Assembly: GCA_009602725.1 (NCBI GenBank)
Contig: WELB01000014.1
Location: 1,016,221 to 1,036,220, forward strand
DNA from: Spirogloea muscicola
Lineage: Eukaryota
DNA length: 20,000 nt
Direction: 5' to 3'
The position numbers and the translations under genes were made by a program. The notes beneath the pieces are model-generated. The model was not told where the DNA came from, did not search any database, and saw only the letters and a list, made by a program, of their open reading frames with translations. Below, one piece after another: positions 1 through 9,345 of this stretch; position 1 is the first letter of the stretch, and every line of letters starts with the position of its first letter.

Positions 1-151
1 AGGCCGCAGACTTGAGGGTCAATCAAGCAATTCTATGCATCAATTAATTAGATAAGATGCCATGAAGTATGATGGCTCAAGCATATGAAGCGATGGGCTT
101 ATAATGCTGGGCGCCTCCCTTCTCACTACGTCCCTCTTTCCTCGCTTGCAG

Positions 152-3100
152 GTGAATCGGCTGGACAATCTCACAACTGGCAAGGTTGTGGACGCGCTCC
201 TCAACTACGAGACCGTTGTCCAGGTTTGCTCTCGGGCATCGACCACCACGCTGCACCCCTAAGCCCATCTACCCAGTTCCGCACATGATTGTTCACCTCT
301 CACATAGAGCTCTTCTGGTGCAACAGTTGCCCACTATACTGTACAAATATGTACATTATATACATATATGTACATCTATGTACATTATGTATGTCTTCAT
401 GTATGCATGGCAGCCAGCCATCATCACGGATACTCGTCCTGTCACTTCCTCCCAATCCATCCGCCGGCAGGGGTCGAGACCTGACCCGTGCCGCGCCATG
501 CGGATGCTGTGGCCGTGGTCGCAGTTCAACAATGAGCAGCTGGAGGCGGAGCAGTACGACGACCTGCTGCGCAGCTATCAGCAGGCGTCGGTGGAGGCGG
601 AGTATATCTCTGCAAAGCTGAACGGCGGGCAGGCACTGATACTGGCGCTCGGCGTGGCGACGGTCATGGCCATGGCCGGCATGCGGGTCGCCAAGGGCAT
701 CATGACCGCCGGAGACCTCGTGCTCGCCAACGGCCTCATCCTCCAGCTCTCCGTGCCGCTCCAGGTGCCCCTGGAGCCAGTCCTTCCTCCCTCCTCCCAC
801 CCTCTTCCGCCATGCAGCCCCAAGATTATGTGCGGCTGGTTCGTCGTGCCGCCTGGCCCTCGTTGTCAAGCCATGGAGGCGCCTTCTAGCGGTCCAGGGA
901 CTGTCGTAATGGTTGCCTGACGTGCCATGCTTGGTTTCTGTGCACCGCCAGTTCCTGGGTTTCCTGTACCGCGACCTGCGGCAGTCTCTCGTGGACATGG
1001 ATGCTATGTTCACCATCCTCAGGTCCACTCCCGCCTCCCCCCCAATACATGGGCACGGTTGGCCAACTGAGATGGATCTGTCGTCTCCAAGTTGCAAGAT
1101 TTCGCCCACGTTCTTCCATCTGCTCTTTCTTTCGCCAGGACCAAGTCGGCACTGCGAGATGGCGACGTGGAGCTGGAACCATCAGGGCGTGGCGCGAAGC
1201 TGCGCGCGTACAACGTTGAGTTTGGATACACGCCAGCACGCCAGGTCTGTTGAGGCTCTTGCTTGCCACTTTCAGCCCTGCACAGAATTGTAATTGTCAA
1301 TGCCTTTTTTCGAAACGAATGCTCTTCTTGTACATCTTCTGGTCTGCTTTCATGTTGTTGAGGTTTGCGTGAAGATGGCTAATGTTGGCTGCCCTCTTGC
1401 ACACGGCGCCAGGTGCTAAAGGGCGTGTCCTTTGTGGCGGAGCCCGGGCAAAGCATTGCGGTGGTGGGGCCGTCAGGTTCAGGCAAGTCCACAATTGTCA
1501 AGCTGCTACTGCGCCTCTACGACCCCCAGGCTGGCACCGTGTACCTTGACAACCATGAGATCCGCAGCCTCACCATGGTGCAGACGCAAGCCCTCAATGC
1601 ATGCGATGGAGGCTGCCGCCGTGTTTGCAGAAAATTCTGGACAGGCAGAGTGCTTTTATGACATGGCAATCTCATTGCAGTGTCAATATGTTAGGAGAGA
1701 CTTGGCAAGCAAGGGGGCAACATTGAGATGGAGCTACGTGCAAAGCTAACATTCTTCCGGCACTAAGCCTGGCCCCTGCATGGGCAAGCAATCCTGACTT
1801 AGTGTTGCCTATGGCAGGCGTCGCTGAGGAGTGCCGTAGCGGTTGTGCCGCAGGACACTGTAGGCGGCACCTCCTTCCTGGACCGTGCTTGCAATGTTCC
1901 ATGTTTAGGGCTGAGAGACAGGATTGCAGATGTGTAGCTAGCTAGTCCTGGGCCAAGGTGACCTGGTCTTTATATCTGATTAGAGTGAGAGATTTGGGTG
2001 ATGGGGCTGCTTGCTGGCCGACCATGTCATGTGCAGGTTACAGATGGCCGCTTATGAAAGACTCTCACTCTTGCAGGTCCTCTTCAATGACACAATTGCG
2101 GCCAATATTCGGTATGGCCGGCCGTCGGCAACGGATGAGGAGGTTGAGCAAGCAGCCAAGCAGGCGGTGAGTCCCCGTGACTCGAAGTCATTGCAGGCTC
2201 TGGCCAGCTTCAATCCTCATGAATTCATTACCCATAGGCAAGCCTGCCTGTCACCTCTTGGAACATTACCACCTAGCCTGCACATGGCTTCTCTGCTGTA
2301 GGAAGCGCCCTCTTCATGCGGCTACGTTGACTGTATGGAATGTTCTTGCAGAAGCTGTATGACGCAATTAAGGGCATGCCTGACGGCTTTGAGACTATGG
2401 TCGGCGAGCGTGGTCTCAAGGTCAGCAGGACTCCATGGCAATGCCTGGGTTCCTCTGAGGAACTACACTTGTCATATTAAGGATCATATATGCCGAGTTG
2501 ATCTGCACCACGAGTAGACAATGTGTAGATCCTCAGAGGTTGTTTTTGTTGCAATGGCTTAAGGTGGTCATAATCAGGAAACTTTGATTTTTTATTTGTC
2601 TTCATTTATCTTAGCCTTTTATGTTGTTAGTTGCACATGCTGTAATCACCTCTTATAGGAGCCCCCTTAGCCCTCTTAATTTGCCTACACAATTCTCATG
2701 TTTTATTTTGTCCTTTGCAGCTGAGCGGCGGGGAGAAGCAGCGCGTTGCCATTGCACGAGCTTTTCTCAAGGCAAGATTACGCACTTGCTCGCACAAGAT
2801 TGCCCCACTCCGGTCCTTGCTGAGGACGAGGTTGTGCTGCACTAGCGAGTGCTAGTGCTAGTGCTCACTTCAATCAACACCCTCTGCAAGCACCTTCAGC
2901 AGTGCGTTTGACCTCAAGACAGATAGGTGACACTTGTTCTGTGGCCATACAGGCTCCGCGGTTGCTCATCTGCGACGAGGCGACAAGTGCGCTGGACTCC
3001 CCTACAGAGGCCGCAATTCTGAATTCGCTCAAAGAGCTTGCCAAGGGCCGCACCTGCCTCTTCGTTGCGCATCGCCTCTCCACTATTATGCATTGCGACA

Positions 3101-3651
3101 AGATCATTGTGAGTCCCCATGCATCTAAGAGTTCCACATTCCCTTTTCTTGGTATGCTTGCTGCTTATCTTGGCAATCTCGGCATGTCACTGAAGCTTTT
3201 GGTCAGTTGAGCTACTTGCAGCTATTTATTGCTGCAGTATTGAGTATGATTGAGAATTTCTCAGGAGAGAATGGACTTCCTTCTGCTTGATCTGCTCTGG
3301 CAGGTGATGGAGGCGGGCGTAGTCGTGGAGCAGGGGACGCATCGGGAGCTACTCGTGCGCAACGGCACGTATGCACACATGTGGACGATGCAGGAGGCTG
3401 AGGAGCCCAGTGACCGCGAGCTCAACGGCACCGGCCTGAGCACCAGCGCCAATGGCCATGGTGCTGCAGCAGACGACCACGCTGCAGGCAACCATGACGG
3501 CTGGGCCTACGATAAGGACCTGGTGAACTTCCAGATCGAAAAGCAAGAGGAGCGCGTGGGCATTCGGGGTGCTGCCTCTGGGATGCGCATGGAAGACTAC
3601 AGCGCCACCAGCGTTCGCGAAGCCGGTCGAGGCTCCGGGGCCCTTAATTGA
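152..3651 (+). CDS. ATM: ABC transporter B family half-transporter, ATM/ABCB7 (mitochondrial Atm1-like) type; 5'-partial, 11 exons
   Basis: Phase-consistent exons: 152-223, 525-764, 952-1022, 1139-1244, 1413-1577, 1818-1859, 2077-2166, 2352-2420, 2721-2771, 2953-3108, 3304-3651 (1410 nt incl. TGA). The spliced product has the Atm1-like segments [32 protein letters not shown] and [11 protein letters not shown]. It also has Walker [11 protein letters not shown]-loop VPQDTVLFNDTI, signature [14 protein letters not shown], Walker [13 protein letters not shown] and H-loop VAHRLST. N-terminal exons lie upstream of the window. Confidence 0.93.
341..408. repeat. AT-rich degenerate (TATGTACAT-like) simple repeat within an ATM intron
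   Basis: gtacaaatatgtacattatatacatatatgtacatctatgtacattatgtatg...: repeated ATGTACAT units inside intron 224-524. Confidence 0.7.
2772..2952 (+). other. GC-AG intron in the ABCB/ATM gene
   Basis: Donor AAG|GCAAGA and acceptor ATACAG|GCT. Splicing here restores the conserved [18 protein letters not shown] junction in phase 0. Confidence 0.85.
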
Positions 3652-3808
3652 TTTGGGCAGTCTTGCGGACTTGCTAACGTCAAGATTCTTGATTGTGTGC
3701 ATCAAGTACCAGTACTGAGTCTCCTCGAGACTAAGCACTACCCGCGTGCCTTCATCCTCTATTTATGACCCACGTACAAAAGATACTGAAGCTACAACAG
3801 TAGGATTT

Positions 3809-3814
3809 AATAAA
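3809..3814 (+). promoter_or_regulatory. Candidate polyadenylation signal (AATAAA) of the ATM gene
   Basis: AATAAA about 160 nt after the stop codon; a TGTAA motif also occurs at 3842-3846. Motif match only. Confidence 0.3.
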
Positions 3815-4140
3815 GTCTGGCATCCTTTGACATGCTAGCTGTGTAACTGGCAGCGGTGCCAAGCATCTGATTTGGATTTAGTGGTCCTCTCATTGAGCTT
3901 GTGGGAGTGCCATCAATTCATACACCAACAACAGCCACTTAGAACTTGATTATGATGCATGCTCTTTTGTGGGCTTTGGTTGCTTCCTCAGTGGTATCTG
4001 GTGAAAATAGTAAGCGAGCACCTAGCACTGTGCTTGCGCAAGGTAGGCTGAGCACTTTGGGAGCTGGCAGGCAGCCCCATGTGTGATTGCCAGGCAACTG
4101 TAACACTGCTTGGCTGCTGCGACAGGAGTGCCACTTGTGT

Positions 4141-4167
4141 GTCAGGCTGCCCACTGGGCAGCCTGAC
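4141..4167. repeat. Near-perfect palindrome, 13-bp arms with a 1-nt spacer
   Basis: GTCAGGCTGCCCA-C-TGGGCAGCCTGAC; the arms are exact reverse complements. Confidence 0.85.
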
Positions 4168-4626
4168 CCTTGTCAATTCCAATTCTACTTTGGAGGACTC
4201 TTAAGTGATTCAGCTCGCAGAGACAAAGCTACCAAAATAGCCTGCACGAGTCACTGTTCAAAGTCCTGCATGACTGCGAACCCTTCAATAACTTTGAGAT
4301 AAACTCTGAGATCTCTTTTGTTGCCAGTAGCTGCGATCAAGCCACATCAACATTTTACTACAATCTCCACATTTTACTAGTCTCCACAATTGTCCCACCG
4401 ATTTCTTGGAGTCTGTGCTATTCTCAATCTTAGCAGCTATGCAACTGATGTCAGCCCAATGTTTCTCCATGACTGCTCAATTCCTCGCAGAATTTTGTGA
4501 AGCCGAAACGGTTATTGGACATGAAGCACCCCATTATATAAAAGCCTATGTCGGTAAAGATGGTGAGGATGATGGTGGTGGTGATAGTGATCATGCATGC
4601 ACGTACGCCCCATGCAGGCCACGGAT

Positions 4627-4670
4627 GGCCATGGCCGGGCCGCTTTGCCTGCAGCTGGCCGGCCATGGCC
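4627..4670. repeat. Inverted repeat, 12-bp arms with a 20-nt loop, upstream of the protease gene
   Basis: GGCCATGGCCGG (4627-4638) and CCGGCCATGGCC (4659-4670). Confidence 0.7.
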
Positions 4671-4860
4671 CACTCGGGCGGACGCCAGTCAGCCGGGTCG
4701 CGGCGCTCGCAGGCCCAGGCATTCCGCAAGTGCCTTGCCATACAGTCTTGCTCAGAGGCTTGCCGAGGCGCGGCTTCGCAAAGCCACATCGGCTGGGCGC
4801 AACCCATCAGAAGTGGCGCAGCCCACGTCGCGGCGGCTCAGCCTGCAGTGGAGTTGGACC

Positions 4861-7800
4861 ATGACAGGCCTGACAATTCTGGCCGCCGCTTGTGGGCTCC
4901 TGCTGCTCCCGGCCTTGGGCTTGACAGAAGCCGGCACGACGAGGCCCGCCGGAAGCCGCGGCCCTGGCCAGCGAGCTTCCAGCTCTGCCATCACTCTCGC
5001 ACTCCATCACCGGTCACTCGCAGACCACACTGTCTCTGTGCTGCCTGGCAGAGTGACTCCTTGAGCGTTTGGGCCTTGACAAGCACTTGCAGCCCAGTAG
5101 ATGGAGGTCGAGCCAGGGCTTCATTCTTTTCTCACAGGCCCATTGGGAGGACAAGTACTATTTGTAGTCGCTGGTCCGCCTGCAGCCTGCAGGCATTGGG
5201 ACCTGCAATGCTCCGTCAATTATACGACCGAGCATCGTGACTCATTTATGGTTGTGCAACAGGTTCTCTCAAGAAATCAATGTCAGCGGAGGATGCGGAA
5301 AGCAACTGGATGGGCTTCATGAGTTCGCGGAGAGGGTCCTCGCCTCCACACGCTCTCGGAGCAAGTATCTTCTCCGTGTTCTCGAGCACAGAGGAGCAAG
5401 CGTTACTAAGGTGAGCAAGTAGTCGCATGCAAGCTGCTAGCGCAACGTGTTACAAAGACCAACAAAACATAGCAACAGTCTGTGGCAGTATGTTCTTTAT
5501 CAGTAGAAGTGATGATCTTGAAAGACAGCATTGTAGACTCACAATCGAGACCGAGCTTGATGGACGATATGCCGAGGTAGCTAGCAATGCAGGCATCGGT
5601 CTCGGTTGCTGTGTGGATGTTGTCACTCACCAAAGCCAACCAGGAACAAGGCAGACTACGAGCGACGAGCCGAGCGAAAGCCCTGCTCCAGGCCCGACTG
5701 ACGTGGACTTGCATGGAGGAGTTGAGCAGAATGGGTAAGTATGCGCAGCTAGCAGGCTCTGCTACTCGTCAACACTAGCTCCTACCAGCAATGTCAATCA
5801 GCATGAGACCTTCAGAGGGGATCAGCTACTTTAGGAGGACGGAAGTAGGCTAGCAGTTGTGCAGGTTCGAAGGCGGTATGCTGGCTGCCAGCAAGTGGCA
5901 GTTAGCTGGAGGCTCTTGCACCTTACATGACTGTCAGGCAAGGATACTAATATGTCAGCTTTACGGAGCGCGAATGCCACAAAGTACGAGCATGTTGTGT
6001 AGTGCCTGCGCAGGTTGTACTGGGTCAAGATCAAGGTGGGATCCTTGAAGCAGACGATGCACGTGCAGATCGACACAGGCAGCGACCTGCTATGGGTGCA
6101 GTGCCTGCCATGCCTTGGCTGCCATGTCTCACCAGAGGTACGATAAGTTTTCAGTCAGAGACACACGATACTTGTGCTCGTATATCAGATTACAGATCTT
6201 TCTTGGCAGTTCGTGGGCACATCCAATGCACTTGCACGGACACATAAGGTCCTCAAGTTGTCGGCTCAATTGCGATGCGGCAAGTCAGACAGCGACCCCT
6301 AATTGACCATGAGATGTACTGACGAGGCAACTTAGACAGCAGGACTAAACCCTTACTGACTAAGAGATGTACTACAGGCACTCCCCTTTGCACCTCAGGT
6401 GTCCAGCTCCAACCACCGCATCAACTGTGACCTCTGCTCCCAGCTCAACCAGTCGGAGTGCAGCGGACCATATGCTGCCGGCTGTGGATACGCTTGCAGC
6501 CCTTTGAGCGCAGGAGGTGAGTGTGTAGTAGGATGCGGTGGTGACAACAAGAGGTGCAACTACGTCGCCATCTACGGTGATCGCAGCTACACCGCCGGCT
6601 GGCTTGTGGAGGACAAAGTGACTCTTGGTAACAGCGGCACCAAGCTGTCCGGCAGGGTCATATTTGGGTATGATGGAATCTGCACATCAAGGACAGATTG
6701 CCTTGGTTCTGTAAACTTGTCGCTTCAGCCTATACCAAGACAAACAGGCACTAGACCACAAGCTTGACAATGTATTACTGCTTAGACTCAGACCGTCCTT
6801 GCTACAATCTTAAGCACTGTCTTCGAGCCCATCAACTACAGCCTGTTCGAGTCAAATCATAGCAACCGAGCTCATTACGTCAATCATGACGACATTTCAC
6901 GTGTGCTTGCATTAACAAGATGGAAAGAAGCTGGAGTCTGCATGTGGGTAGAGCACGGATCACACATCTGTCGCTGCAGGTGTGACGAGCACGAGAAGGG
7001 CAACGTGGCGCTGGCGCCCACCAACGGCCTCATGGGGCTGGGCAAGGGCAGCCTCTCGCTGCCGTCTCAGCTCAAGCAGCGCCAGGTGCTGCAGTCGAGC
7101 ACGTTCTCGCACTGCCTGGGCGGCGAGGAAGGAGGCGGCACATTCACGTTCTACAACGGGAGCCCGTACCCTGGCGGCCTGCAGACGACACCTATTGGTA
7201 CGGACCCCATGTAAGTTACTCAATGCTACATCGATTGAGATGCACCAATCCCTTGAACTATTATATACCTTTCGGGCTGGCCTCTCACAGCCACCGCCTC
7301 CTTCTGGACCAGCTTTGTACCTCTTCATTATACTGCACATACCCGGATACTTTGGAGTCACTGGGTTCTTGAGATTAAGTACATTGCTTCTGTAGTAGGG
7401 GTCAGGTTGCGATATAGCACTACTTATGTGGCACAAGCCACGGCCAATCGCGGTGCAGCCTGTACAATGTCAGTATTGAGCACATGAACGTGGCGGGCAA
7501 CGACCTGCGCGTTGACTGGGGCGAGTACGTGCGCTCGTCGCCGGGGCAAGTTGGCGCTATCGTTGACAGCGGCACGACAGCCATTCTCCTGTCCCCAGCG
7601 GCCTATGCGGCCTTTGCCGACCAGGTGACGGCCTCCCAGCAAGATGGCTAGCTTGGGTCATCCTCCTGCACCGAGAAATCCAAGTTACAGTGTCAAACGT
7701 AAGCTCTGACGAAGCGGGGGCAAGGCACACGCAAGGACCTGACCTCTTGAGTGCACTGACCTCTGCCAATGCTTCATGATCGTAGTGCCAATGGGATCTG

Positions 7801-8878
7801 AAACTGAATTTGCTTCCTCGCAGATCAACCGGACTGTGAAGCTGCAGCGATTGAGCCAGGACCAGATCAATGAGCTGGCGGGAGCAGACGTGTCCAGCGT
7901 GCTTAATTTCTGCTACAACACCTCAACGTCAGGACACCAGCCATCCGCAAGTTTGTCTATTGGATAGCACTATCTTGAGCACCAACAGCAGCCCAAGCAC
8001 TCATAATTTATGGCGCGAATGTGATAGAAATTACTGTCATGAAAGAAATGTTTGGTCCTCGAAAGGGCCCACCAATGCATCTAGTGCGCGATGGCAGCTC
8101 CGCAGGAACGATCGCAGACTATTTCCCCAACGCCACAGTCCACTTCAAGGATGCTGACTTGCAGCTCCTTCCGTCCAACTACTTGTGGATTTTTGTAAGT
8201 CTGGCGGCGGAGCCTGCTCACTTGCTAAACAGTTTCCAATGCTTCATCTCCTATTGTGCGTTGTGGCTGCTTCAGTGCGTGCAATGAATACTGCTATTCA
8301 GTCAGGCATGATGACAAAGACCGACGGACGTGTTGTCACCCGTCCTTCCTTAGTCATCCGACCAGGTGCCCATTGCCTGTATCGGTTGCTATGACTCAAT
8401 GGCGCTGATTTCTGCCAACTTGACCATCTTTGGCGGTAAGTAACTTCTATGCTCAGTTACTGCCCGCCTCATTGACAAGAACTTCTTGGGATGTGTTAGT
8501 TCCAGATTTTAAGCAAGAAACAGTCTACTGGGTGCAACTCATACCCCTCAGGCATCCCAAATGCTCGTGTCTCCTGCAGATCTGGCTCTGCGCAATCATC
8601 TTGTGGTCTACGATCGGGACAACTGGAAGCTTGGCTTTGCACTACAGAACTGTTCGTACAAAGACCCCGGTCCCCGAACAATTGCTTATACTGAAAAGAC
8701 CAGCACAATCAGGAAAATATTGACTCCGCTGAGGTGCACATTTCAGCAAAGAGTGAATGGAACCGCAGATAAGATGTACCGTTCAATTACAAGAAAGCAT
8801 TCCCGGTTTTGCAGGTACGAGTGGTGCGCCACTGCTATAAACTACGGTGCAAGCAGAGCTTTCTGGTACTTTTCTTGA
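4861..8878 (+). CDS. Secreted pepsin-like (A1) aspartic protease, plant atypical/nepenthesin-like type (TAXi_N/TAXi_C)
   Basis: Exons: 4861-5012 (signal peptide MTGLTILAAACGLLLLPALG...LALHHR), 5263-5410, ~5655-5734 (acceptor uncertain), 6014-6137 (LYWVKIKVG...QIDTGSDLLWVQC, Asp codon at 6072), 6210-6248 (tentative), 6378-6667, 6980-7210 (NGLMGLG...FSHCLG), 7459-7624 (IVDSGTT, Asp codon at 7565), 7824-7927, 8098-8194, 8354-8435 and 8580 onward (IFGDLALRNHLVVYDRDNWKLGFALQNC). The stop is at 8840 if intron 8652-8814 is spliced, otherwise at 8878. Both catalytic D(T/S)G motifs are intact. Confidence 0.9.
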
Positions 8879-9345
8879 GCAAGAGCAGATGCAGAACAAA
8901 TCACGAGCCAGCAGAAGGTCCAGCAGCGATCAGACTTCGATGTGCTTTGACCCACATTCCAGAAACCTGCTACCTCGCCTTAAGGCACCTTCTTCAGCAT
9001 ACAAGAAGGGAAGTGACTAGGCATGCATGCTCGAGAGCTTGCTGAGGACTTTGCAGATTTGTAGCAATAGAATATTTGAGGACCTGGCTGCCTTAGACGA
9101 ATGTGGCATGTACGCTAAGATGCTAGGACCAATTTAATCTTGCACCTGTGTTCCTTGGGCTTTACAATTCAGTGGATTTGCAAGTGGCTCTCGCACCCCC
9201 TGCGCAATTCATTGCCTTGAAGTGGAGATAGCTCAGATTGTTGTCAAATATGGACGGCTAAAGCTTATGAGCCTAAATATGGTTGTCAAACCGCATGGCA
9301 GCACGATGCTTAAATAATTGCTGTCATGGCGTCCTCAAATGGGGG

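Noticed and set aside
300..1109. 269-aa minus-strand ORF
   Set aside because: Antisense shadow of GC3-rich ATM exons; no recognisable domain.
2849..2866. (GTGCTA)n short repeat in an ATM intron
   Set aside because: About three units; ordinary microsatellite-like slippage.
4406..5240. Several overlapping 118-230 aa ORFs
   Set aside because: Expected in a GC-rich promoter/first-exon zone; only the ATG at 4861 gives a signal peptide and a phase-correct LHHR|FS junction.
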